A stretch of DNA of 64,000 bases, from positions 199,589 through 263,588 of the forward strand of contig CAKOQC010000001.1 in assembly GCA_934101175.1 (NCBI GenBank), written 5' to 3'. Every line of letters begins with the position of its first letter. Position 1 is the stretch's first letter. Source of the stretch: an uncultured Bacilli bacterium (lineage in GTDB: Bacteria > Bacillota_I > Bacilli_A > RF39 > UBA660). The position numbers and the translations under genes were made by a program. Below are positions 19,135-27,963 of the stretch, in pieces. Under the pieces are notes generated by a model that did not search any database, was not told the origin of the DNA, and saw only the letters and a program-made list of their open reading frames with translations.

Positions 19135-20073
19135 CTACTTAAATAAACTCATCTGATCAGGATCTATCTTTCTAGTTCTCTTCTTACATCTTGAAAAACT
19201 ATTCTTCCTAACAATATATTCTATTTTATCAATCCCATCATAGTATTCTTCAGAAGGATATACTGCTGGTGCTCCAAAAATAATCTTATCCATATCATCT
19301 TCTTCCACTAAAGTCTCATCATAAGTAAGATAATCTTCCTGAAACATACTCATCTGGTATTCTTCATCTAATACCTCTTCTTGATATTTCCTAGAAACCT
19401 TTTGTTCCTTACAACTATTCCTATTATCATCATAATTATTCATAAAAGCTAAAATATCATGAAAATTCCTATAATTTAAACTATCACCATTATTATCATA
19501 CATAAGTTTTTTAATTATTCTAGTTACTCCATTATTTCCAAATCTATCACGTCTTGTTAAGTATTCTCTTTCTTTTCCTTGATATGATAAAACATCTTTA
19601 AAACGAATTAAGTTATTTATATAATTAATAGTTTCTGCTATTTCTGCTTCTGCTCTATGATGATGAGAAAAATGATTAAGTAAATCTCTTAAAAACTCAT
19701 AATCTTCCTTTATTAATCTATATTCTATTTCTCTAATAAGTAATCTTGGATTTGCTAAATATTCTATATCTCTTTGATACATTAAATCATACATAACTTT
19801 CTTAAACAAACCATTACTATTATATCTAACAGCTAACTTTTTATCAATTAAATTAACTGATAGCATTCCTCTACTAACTAAGAACTCTCTTAATTCAGAA
19901 CCATCATTAAAGTTCTTTGTAAATTCATCTATCTCTTTTAAAGAACAATATCCATCTTGCTTATATCTAGTATTCTTATCACGAATAAACAATCCTATTT
20001 CCATAAATTTATTTATTGGTAAAATAATATAATTACCTCTACTTTTTTCTACTGTTAAAAAATATGCCATCAT
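19135..20073 (-). CDS. hypothetical protein (312 aa)
   Basis: ORF only; an HHHR segment; no confident family assignment. Confidence 0.35.
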   Translation of the reverse strand: MMAYFLTVEKSRGNYIILPINKFMEIGLFIRDKNTRYKQDGYCSLKEIDEFTKNFNDGSELREFLVSRGMLSVNLIDKKLAVRYNSNGLFKKVMYDLMYQRDIEYLANPRLLIREIEYRLIKEDYEFLRDLLNHFSHHHRAEAEIAETINYINNLIRFKDVLSYQGKEREYLTRRDRFGNNGVTRIIKKLMYDNNGDSLNYRNFHDILAFMNNYDDNRNSCKEQKVSRKYQEEVLDEEYQMSMFQEDYLTYDETLVEEDDMDKIIFGAPAVYPSEEYYDGIDKIEYIVRKNSFSRCKKRTRKIDPDQMSLFK

Positions 20074-20184
20074 ATCCCCCTTAGTTGGTTCTTATAATAG
20101 CATATTATTCATTCTATGTCAAACATTTATATCATCATTATATTAATATATTTCACTTAATTATTACTTCATTATCGAATATTA

Positions 20185-21093
20185 TTATACTGCTTCATTA
20201 CTTTTAATTCTATTAAGTCTATTTATTGATACTTTAACACTTTGAAATTCTGCATTAATTGTTCCTAATACTTCAAAGTTATTAATTATCTTAGCATAAT
20301 AAGAATATATAAGAAGTACTGTACCAATTTCCATCTTACCAAGACTTACTAAATATATTGCATAAATAATTATTCCATATCTTGCAAGCTCTAAAAATCC
20401 TAATACTAAGTATATCATTCCATTAACAAACAAATTAAATTTAGCATTAGATTGTAAATACATAATAGTACTTTTAATAAATCCATTATCACTACTATTA
20501 ACCTTCTTATTATTCTTAAGTACATCATAAATATTATGTATATTAATTGTCTTATAATCAAGACTATCTTTTCTATTCTTATTCTCAATCTCTATCTTAG
20601 AACCAAAATATATTATTATTATTACCATAAATATTGAAATAATCAAGGTTACTAAAAATATATAAAAGTCTATTGATAAAAAATACATATATATAATTAA
20701 GAATTCAAATATTTGAATAATTCTTGTAACAGCATTTCCAATAAATGTTCCTATTATATCGATATCATTATTAATAATATTAGTATATTCTCCTAAGGTT
20801 ATATTCTTAACATTAGCAGATGTTACTAAATTAGTATATTCTAAATATAATTTATTATAATAGTTATACCATGCTTTTTGATTAAAGTAATTCCATAGGT
20901 AATATAAAAGAGATAATACTAGTGTAATAACAATTAACTTAAAAGCTTTTTCATATTCTAAATCTGTTGCATGATTAATACTTTTAGTATAATATACTGG
21001 TATAACTAATAATAGTCCCTGTATAATAACTGAAGTAATTATCTTATTAATAAGTTCTTTTTTCGTTCTTTTAAGAATTGTTACTATATCCAT
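20185..21093 (-). CDS. ABC-exporter-type transmembrane domain protein with no ATPase domain
   Basis: Six TM helices laid out like a type I ABC exporter membrane domain (ABC_membrane-like). The ORF ends where the NBD would begin, and the downstream gene is not an ATPase. Confidence 0.4.
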   Translation of the reverse strand: MDIVTILKRTKKELINKIITSVIIQGLLLVIPVYYTKSINHATDLEYEKAFKLIVITLVLSLLYYLWNYFNQKAWYNYYNKLYLEYTNLVTSANVKNITLGEYTNIINNDIDIIGTFIGNAVTRIIQIFEFLIIYMYFLSIDFYIFLVTLIISIFMVIIIIYFGSKIEIENKNRKDSLDYKTINIHNIYDVLKNNKKVNSSDNGFIKSTIMYLQSNAKFNLFVNGMIYLVLGFLELARYGIIIYAIYLVSLGKMEIGTVLLIYSYYAKIINNFEVLGTINAEFQSVKVSINRLNRIKSNEAV

Positions 21094-21112
21094 ATTATCT
21101 CCTTATATATAT

Positions 21113-21661
21113 TTATTCTAAGTCGATATAGTCTCCATTCTCAAGTCCATATAATGAAGCATCACTTCTATCAATATGTAATTCTAATTTAAAATTATCT
21201 CCCATCTTTATATGAACATTATCCATCTCTTTACCATTAGCCATAACTTTAACTATATCTCTATTATTATGACCAATATTATCTAATTTATTACAATGAA
21301 TATGTCTAGTTGCCTTAATACAGCAATTTTTTTTAAATATTTTTCCTTTAGGTCCTTCTATATATACACTCTCACTACCGTCTAAATTCCCAGAATCTCT
21401 AATTGGAGGATTTATTCCTAATAATTCTGCATCATCTTGTGATACTTCTACTTGTGTATAATCTCTAATTGGCCCCATTACTCTTACATGTGGAAACTCA
21501 TATTTATCAGTACTAATTTTTACTACTTCTTCGCAAGCATATTCTCCTATTTGTGATAAATCATTACGTTTTTTAAATACATAATCACATCCAAATAAAA
21601 TATCAGCATCACTCTTACATAAATGTATATGTCTATTAGATACTCCTACTCTTACTTTCAT
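21113..21661 (-). CDS. pduL: PduL/EutD-type phosphate propanoyl/acetyl-transferase
   Basis: Duplicated 'VSNRHIHL' / 'ATRHIHC' PduL signature repeats. Start set at the internal ATG (MKVRVGVSNRHIHL), which has a GAAGGTGA RBS; the ORF-track N-terminal extension is probably not translated. Confidence 0.65.
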   Translation of the reverse strand: MKVRVGVSNRHIHLCKSDADILFGCDYVFKKRNDLSQIGEYACEEVVKISTDKYEFPHVRVMGPIRDYTQVEVSQDDAELLGINPPIRDSGNLDGSESVYIEGPKGKIFKKNCCIKATRHIHCNKLDNIGHNNRDIVKVMANGKEMDNVHIKMGDNFKLELHIDRSDASLYGLENGDYIDLE

Positions 21662-21789
21662 TCTATCACCTTCTCTATTAATAATTTTATCATTATCTTT
21701 ATATATTGTAAATATCTCTAATTCTTTTAATAAATTATTATGAATAATTAGTAAACTAATAAATATATTTATAAAGAAAGGATGATTAT

Positions 21790-22218
21790 ATGAACGGAAG
21801 TTATTATAATAATGCATTTCCTAATCAGCCATTAACTGATAATAGTTCTTCTTTTAATAGTTCTACTACTGATACTACTCCTTTTCCTGGAATAGGTCTA
21901 AATAATAATACTATTCCTAATCAGCAGTCTATTCCTCTATCAAATTCTCAGTACACTACTGACTATGACGAGCAATCTTATATTGAAAACATTCTTAGAT
22001 TAAATCGTGGTAAAAAAGCTCGTCTACATGTTACAGTTCCTGGCTCTATCGAATGGCAAGACCGTGTTTTTGATGGTGTAATTGAACAAGCCGGAAAAGA
22101 TCATGTTATCTTATCTAATCCTCAAACTGGTGAATGGTATTTAATATTAATAATATACTTAGACTTTGTTACTTTTGAAGAACCTATCAATTATAATAAG
22201 CAATTTATAAAATACTAA
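21790..22218 (+). CDS. gerQ: GerQ-like spore coat protein
   Basis: N-terminal Q/N/S/T-rich region followed by 'ENILRLNRGKKARLHVTV...QDRVFDGVIEQAGKDHVILSNPQTGEWYLILIIYLDFVTFEE', matching the GerQ/YwdL conserved C-terminal domain. Confidence 0.5.
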   Translation: MNGSYYNNAFPNQPLTDNSSSFNSSTTDTTPFPGIGLNNNTIPNQQSIPLSNSQYTTDYDEQSYIENILRLNRGKKARLHVTVPGSIEWQDRVFDGVIEQAGKDHVILSNPQTGEWYLILIIYLDFVTFEEPINYNKQFIKY

Positions 22219-22280
22219 TTTATAATTATAAGTTATTGTCATAAATAAAATTATTTGTTATAATTACTATAGGTGATAAT

Positions 22281-22826
22281 ATGAATTCCTTAACAATCCT
22301 ATTTATAATTATAACTTGTTTAATTATCTTAGCAATTATCTATGTTTATCTATATAATAAAATTAATGAAACTATCATAAGAGTAGATGAAGCAGAATCT
22401 AGAATAGATACTAATCTAAGAGATAAATATGATTTACTTAATCGTTCTGTATCTCTTATTAAAAATATTATTAAACTAGATGAAAATTCTTTTAAAGATA
22501 TTATTAAATTAAGAGCTAGAAAGATAAGTAATTTTGAATTAGATAGAACTCTAACTAATTCTTATAATGAATTTCTATCTTTATATGATAAACATAAAGA
22601 ATTAAGAGATAATGATGAAATATTTAAAATAAACAAGAAAATAATTTTAATTGATGAAGAGCTAATAACTTTAAGAAACTACTACAATGCTAATATTACT
22701 ACTTATAATTCTTATATTAAGAAGTTTCCTACTAACATTGTAGCAGAAATCAAAAAATATAAAGAAAGACCATTTTATGATTTAAAAGATATGACTGATG
22801 ATGATTATGAAGATTTTAAATTATAA
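22281..22826 (+). CDS. lemA: LemA family protein
   Basis: N-terminal TM helix plus 'LRNYYNANITTYNSYIKKFPTNIVA', the characteristic LemA C-terminal motif; 181 aa. Confidence 0.7.
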   Translation: MNSLTILFIIITCLIILAIIYVYLYNKINETIIRVDEAESRIDTNLRDKYDLLNRSVSLIKNIIKLDENSFKDIIKLRARKISNFELDRTLTNSYNEFLSLYDKHKELRDNDEIFKINKKIILIDEELITLRNYYNANITTYNSYIKKFPTNIVAEIKKYKERPFYDLKDMTDDDYEDFKL

Positions 22827-22875
22827 GTCTTCTTTTTTTCTATATTTTATATTATAATTAAGATGGTGATCATAT

Positions 22876-23523
22876 ATGAAAAAAATATTAATAATAATTA
22901 GTCTTCTTTTATTAACTGCTTGTTCTAACCAGTCTAATTCTCCTAAGAATATTGATTTAGATAAACAATTAGATATTTCTATAAATACTTATCAAGATAA
23001 TAATCCTATAACTATAGGCCTATATGAAGATGAACATCTAATAAAAGACTATCATGTAAAACTTACTAATATGAAAGATATTACCGTATTTAATATTTAC
23101 TATACTAATCAAGACCCTTTAGAAAATAATTATATTAAATATAATTGGAATAAATACTATAAAAATTATGAAAATATTGATAAATATAAAATTGGTTTTA
23201 TTATTTCTTTTGAAGCCGAAGGTAAACTTTACAAAGAGCAAATTTTAACTCCTGATTGTGAATATATTTTTGCTCCATATCTCTATGTTTATCTATATGA
23301 TGATATTAATCAACCAAACGGTTCTTGGTATTCTCATCTTTTACCAGAAGAAGTTACCGATAAGACTATTTTCTCTTCAATAAAATTATTCATGGCTAAT
23401 AAAGCTACTGATATATCGTCTCCTATTACCCTAACTGTCTTTACTTATGATGAAGATGATTTTGATAGTTCTAATAATTATATTGGTAAAAGTAAATATA
23501 CCACTACTATTATTCCAGATTAA
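22876..23523 (+). CDS. putative lipoprotein (lipobox LLTAC)
   Basis: Signal peptide with 'LLLTAC|S' lipobox; no other domain recognised. Confidence 0.5.
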   Translation: MKKILIIISLLLLTACSNQSNSPKNIDLDKQLDISINTYQDNNPITIGLYEDEHLIKDYHVKLTNMKDITVFNIYYTNQDPLENNYIKYNWNKYYKNYENIDKYKIGFIISFEAEGKLYKEQILTPDCEYIFAPYLYVYLYDDINQPNGSWYSHLLPEEVTDKTIFSSIKLFMANKATDISSPITLTVFTYDEDDFDSSNNYIGKSKYTTTIIPD

Positions 23524-23626
23524 AATTAATATTAAAAGACTTTACTCATGATATCTTACATTTAAGTATCATAAACAAAGTCTTTTTCTTATATTTTTAT
23601 TATAATTTATTATATATATTAATATC

Positions 23627-24157
23627 TTATCCATTTATTGTTTTTCTTCTTATCATAGTCATAATATCATCATCTTCTAGCATTCTCTTCATCTTAACAA
23701 TTAGTTTATTATAAAAGGCATTTCCATATATATTAGCATCCCATTTTTCACTAACTTTAGGACTATCCAAGTTATCACCATATCTTAAATATAATAGTTT
23801 TAAATCATTTGGAGTAAGTGCTAGTATAACATTATCTATATCTTCTCTTGAATGTGGACTAAGAAGTTCATATATAGTTTTAATATTACCATTTCCAGGT
23901 ACTTTTTTTCTCTCTTCTAATCTAGTATTATTCATACCATACCCTCTTATTATATCGTCATTTCTATCACGTAAATTTCTTATTGCCTTATCAGGGTTAT
24001 CCATATAAATAGCCATTTTTTCTATTTGTTTATTTCTTCCTAACTTCATTATTGCCTTATTTTCAATTTGTCTTATTCTTTCTTTAGTAACCCCATACAT
24101 ATCTCCTATTTCTTCAAGTGTCATCTTCTTATTACCAGCAATTCCAAATCTAAGCAT
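23627..24157 (-). CDS. sigma-70 region 4 (HTH) plus ~115-aa C-terminal extension; in-frame continuation of the preceding sigma ORF
   Basis: Upstream in-frame reading from TAA(24218-24220) gives 'RETIELINNSNLTEKEKTVLMLRFGIAGNKKMTLEEIGDMYGVTKERIRQIENKAIMKL', sigma region 3.2/4.1-4.2. Only the single TAA separates the two halves. Confidence 0.55.
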   Translation of the reverse strand: MLRFGIAGNKKMTLEEIGDMYGVTKERIRQIENKAIMKLGRNKQIEKMAIYMDNPDKAIRNLRDRNDDIIRGYGMNNTRLEERKKVPGNGNIKTIYELLSPHSREDIDNVILALTPNDLKLLYLRYGDNLDSPKVSEKWDANIYGNAFYNKLIVKMKRMLEDDDIMTMIRRKTING

Positions 24158-24217
24158 TAAAACAGTTTTCTCTTTTTCAGTTAGGTTACTATTATTAATA
24201 AGTTCTATTGTCTCACG

Positions 24218-25429
24218 TTACATATCAGATAATTCTATATCACTATCAAATGAAACTTCATCAGCTGGAATAAGTGTTTCAAGCTCATCATCATAATCAT
24301 CCCCTATTGGTACATTAAGACTAACAGCATCATTTTGTAAATTATATAATTTCTCTGATTCTAAAGTAGAAATTCCTAATTCTAAAGCCATTTCTTTAAT
24401 CGTAGGATTTCTTCCATATGCTGTAGTAAAATCTTGACTAGCCTTTTTATATTGAACAACTTTATTATGTAAGTTAACTGGTATTCTTATTTTTCTTCCA
24501 TAATTAGCTATTGCTCTTGTTAATGCCTGAACTATCCAAAAATAAGCATAAGTTGAAAATCTATAATCTTTGCTTCCATCATATCTTTCTACTGCTTTAA
24601 TTAATCCTAAATTTCCTTCTTGTATTAAATCTTGAAAAGATAATCCTCGTCCCATATATGTTTTAGCTATATTAACTACTAATCTTAAATTACTTTCTAC
24701 AAAGATATTTTTAGCTTCTTCATCACCATTCTTAACTCGGTTATATAATTCTAATTCTTCTTCTTTAGTTAGTAATGGCATTTTTATTTCTTTTAAATAT
24801 AAATCTAATGTATTAACTCCTCTTGTAGAATCATCAGTATTATTATTATTATTTCTTTCTAAATTATCCGTACCATCAAATAATTCTACATTATTAATCA
24901 TACAATACATTCTAATTAAAATAACAAAAGTATCATTATCATATATATCTTCTATTTTCTTTTTCTTTAAAACTTCTTTTTTATTATCTACTATTATTTT
25001 TAAGATATTTTGTAATCTATTATTTTTATTTAGTAATTCCATACATACATCAGGTTCTATAACATATCCTATTTTTGAAAAGAATTCACTTATCATTTTT
25101 AATTGTTTTAAAGCATCATTATATGTTAGACATTCTGTATCAATAAATTCTAAATAATTATTAAATACTTGTTTAAATACACTTTTATTTGTTTTAATAT
25201 ATTTATTTATATATTCTTTTAGTCTTCCTTCAAAGAAAACATTAAACTTTTTCATATCTAATCTATCTATATCTTTAGAAATAGCCATAACAGTAGCTTT
25301 AACTATTCTCTTATACTCAGTTTTATCTATTTTAGCATAACTATATTCTAGATATACTTTTTCTGTTATTGGTTCTAACATATCATATAATTTCTTAATA
25401 TTCTCATTATTATTCTTTTTTTCTTCCAT
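24218..25429 (-). CDS. sigma-70 family RNA polymerase sigma factor, N-terminal part (unique ~230-aa N-domain + regions 2 and 3), ending at an in-frame TAA
   Basis: 'LIQEGNLGLIKAVERYDGSKDYRFSTYAYFWIVQALTRAI...RKIRIPVNLHNK' is sigma-70 region 2.1-2.4/3.0. The ORF ends at TAA 24218-24220, in the same frame as the next ORF. Confidence 0.6.
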   Translation of the reverse strand: MEEKKNNNENIKKLYDMLEPITEKVYLEYSYAKIDKTEYKRIVKATVMAISKDIDRLDMKKFNVFFEGRLKEYINKYIKTNKSVFKQVFNNYLEFIDTECLTYNDALKQLKMISEFFSKIGYVIEPDVCMELLNKNNRLQNILKIIVDNKKEVLKKKKIEDIYDNDTFVILIRMYCMINNVELFDGTDNLERNNNNNTDDSTRGVNTLDLYLKEIKMPLLTKEEELELYNRVKNGDEEAKNIFVESNLRLVVNIAKTYMGRGLSFQDLIQEGNLGLIKAVERYDGSKDYRFSTYAYFWIVQALTRAIANYGRKIRIPVNLHNKVVQYKKASQDFTTAYGRNPTIKEMALELGISTLESEKLYNLQNDAVSLNVPIGDDYDDELETLIPADEVSFDSDIELSDM

Positions 25430-25569
25430 ATTACCACCCTTTTAAATCTAATTAATATTTCCAAGGAAACATTTAAAAGCAGTTATATATAATACTATTT
25501 AATTGTAAAAAAGTCAAATATAACTATCATTTATTAGGCCTAAACACTCTAAAAAGTAATTAAAATATC

Positions 25570-25603
25570 AAAAAATGAATGTATTTATACTAATACATTC
25601 ATT
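25570..25603 (-). terminator. intrinsic terminator after the Nudix gene
   Basis: Minus strand AATGAATGTA-10 nt-TACATTCATT hairpin followed by TTTTT. Confidence 0.55.
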
Positions 25604-25618
25604 CTATTACTATATTAA

Positions 25619-26026
25619 TCATTTTTCTGAAAGATAAATCTTTATTTCTTCAATAATATGTCCTATGTTTCCTTCTCCTGCATATTTATTCATATTAAAG
25701 AAATTATCATCTATCTTAACCCATTCAAGTTTATTAACTTCTTCTATTAACTGAACTTCTTTATTTAGAATACCATAGTATACTTCAATCATTTTATCAA
25801 ATGATATATATTCTATATTCATAAAATGTTCTAAAGAAATATCTTCATTACTTATGTTAGTCTCTTCATAAAGTTCACGATATGCTTCATTTAGTCCATC
25901 ATTCTCCTTTTCTATTTTCCCACCAACTAAATTATACATTCCTTTATAAGGTTCCTTAGTCCTTTTACACATTAACGTATTCTCAAAATTCTTATCAAAC
26001 ACCACTACTACATTATACTTTTTCAT
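25619..26026 (-). CDS. Nudix hydrolase
   Basis: Nudix box 'GGKIEKENDGLNEAYRELYEETNIS'; 135 aa. Confidence 0.7.
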   Translation of the reverse strand: MKKYNVVVVFDKNFENTLMCKRTKEPYKGMYNLVGGKIEKENDGLNEAYRELYEETNISNEDISLEHFMNIEYISFDKMIEVYYGILNKEVQLIEEVNKLEWVKIDDNFFNMNKYAGEGNIGHIIEEIKIYLSEK

Positions 26027-26050
26027 TTAATTACCTCCCATATTTATCAA

Positions 26051-26947
26051 TTACTTATTTTCTAAATTAGCAATTATCTCATCTATTTCACTATCTGATA
26101 ATTTAATATTTTCTCCAATCAAGCCTATTATCGGTCTAATTCCATCATCTTTATGAAAATCAGATCCTATAGTTGTCTTTAAATTATATCTATAAGCAAA
26201 TTCTCTCCAATAATCACACTCGTTAATCTTTTTATTATTCTTATCCACATAAACATAATTAGCTTCAATCATTTCTACTTTCATATCATTAACTAAATTT
26301 ACAATATCTTCATCAGTCAAATTATTTTCATATTTGTAAGCTACTGGGTGAGCTAACACTGCTACTCCTGATGCACCTTCTATTAATTCTACTGCCTCTC
26401 TTGGAGTTATTGTATTTTTCTTAACATAAGCCAGACAGCCCTCATTCATAATTGTCTCAATAAATTCTCCTTTATTAGGAATATGTCCAAATTCTCTCAT
26501 TAATATATCTTTATTTTTATCATTAGATATTACATCTAAAGCTATATGTGCTTTAGTAACTGCTTCAATCTTATCAAGAGAGGTAACATCAATAATATAT
26601 CCTAGTATATTAAGTTTATCAGCTACTTGATGCAAATATTCATGTCTTGAATTACGAAGTTTTTCTAATTTATTTTGAAATTCTTTATTATTTAAATCAA
26701 TATTATATCCTAGTACATGTATTCCACATCTATCACTTTTAGTAGATATTTCTACCCCCGGTATAATCTTTATATTATTATCTTTTGCATAATCAAATAG
26801 CTCTTTTTGATAAGCCCATATCGTATCATGATCCGTAATAGAAATAACTGATACTCTATTCTTTATTGCTACATCAATTACTTCCTTAGGAGTTAATTCT
26901 CCATCTGAACAAGTTGTATGTATATGTAAATCTATTATTTTCTTCAT
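26051..26947 (-). CDS. PHP-domain metal-dependent phosphoesterase (TrpH/YciV-like)
   Basis: 'IDLHIHTTCSDGELTP' PHP N-terminal His motif, plus later H/D metal ligands. Confidence 0.7.
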   Translation of the reverse strand: MKKIIDLHIHTTCSDGELTPKEVIDVAIKNRVSVISITDHDTIWAYQKELFDYAKDNNIKIIPGVEISTKSDRCGIHVLGYNIDLNNKEFQNKLEKLRNSRHEYLHQVADKLNILGYIIDVTSLDKIEAVTKAHIALDVISNDKNKDILMREFGHIPNKGEFIETIMNEGCLAYVKKNTITPREAVELIEGASGVAVLAHPVAYKYENNLTDEDIVNLVNDMKVEMIEANYVYVDKNNKKINECDYWREFAYRYNLKTTIGSDFHKDDGIRPIIGLIGENIKLSDSEIDEIIANLENK

Positions 26948-27088
26948 AATTCAACCATCCTTTATAATATTTTTTAAATTATGTAACACCAAACATCCCA
27001 ATAATAAAACTAAATAATATCATCGAAAATATATCTACTAGTTCACATTATAAAAAAGTTTCATTTCTTTTTTAATTCAAATTAATCA

Positions 27089-27691
27089 TTATAATCGTTT
27101 TAATGTTCTTGACAGTCTGTTACGTTTTTCATAATTATTAATTATTATTGATAATGCTTTTTCATATTTATCTTTAATCTTAAAATATTCTATTCTTTTA
27201 TTTTCTAGTTCATCAAATAGATTTAATTGAGGTAAAAAATCACCATCAGTTATATCAAATTCTAATCTTTCATCATCGTAATATTCCTGGGATATTTCAA
27301 CAATTTCTAACATATTTTTTCTTTTCATATCATTTTCAAACTGTTCAAAAACAATTGTTCTAAATGTTTCATGATCTAAAATTATATCCAATAATTCGAA
27401 GTTTTCTGCTAATAATTTTATATTTTTCTTGGAGGGTGAAATTTCAAAAGGAATTATTTTTCTTAAATATGCATAGTAAATTAATTCTATGCAATCTTGT
27501 GTAGCTGTTTTTCTAAAATTTGAATATAACTTTATTCCTTCATTATTCAAATCATTAAATACAGGAATTATATATTCAAGTGCCATAGTATATTTAATAT
27601 TTTTCTCCAATTCATTTTTTAATTTTATAACTATTTCCTCATTCGTTAAACTATCGTATTTTGTTTTTACTTCTTCTTTAAATTTTCCCAT
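27089..27691 (-). CDS. hypothetical protein (200 aa)
   Basis: ORF only. Confidence 0.35.
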   Translation of the reverse strand: MGKFKEEVKTKYDSLTNEEIVIKLKNELEKNIKYTMALEYIIPVFNDLNNEGIKLYSNFRKTATQDCIELIYYAYLRKIIPFEISPSKKNIKLLAENFELLDIILDHETFRTIVFEQFENDMKRKNMLEIVEISQEYYDDERLEFDITDGDFLPQLNLFDELENKRIEYFKIKDKYEKALSIIINNYEKRNRLSRTLKRL

Positions 27692-27963
27692 ATTAACTCT
27701 CCTTAATTAACCTCTCCTAAATATAGTTTAATATATTTTTAAAGCAATTGCAAGTTATAGTAAATTATCAAAATTATATTAAAAACTTAAAACAATTTTT
27801 TTAATTTAGACATCACTAAAAAAATAATGTTTCTTAATCCTATAATTTATATCAGACAAGTTTAATATAATTATTTTATTATACAAAAAAGATTGAAATA
27901 TAAAGGTAAAAGTACCATATTTCAATCTTTAAAATAACATTTTTTAATAGTATCTCAATCAGA

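Noticed and set aside
24215-24220. Stop-codon reassignment (TAA read as a sense codon) as the explanation for the in-frame TAA in the sigma gene
   Set aside because: TAA terminates many conserved, full-length genes in the same window (nrdD with TAATAA, rarA, lemA, tsaD), and TGA-Trp Mollicute-style recoding is also excluded by the intact long ORFs. Genome-wide recoding is therefore not supported. It is kept only as a local event in the findings.
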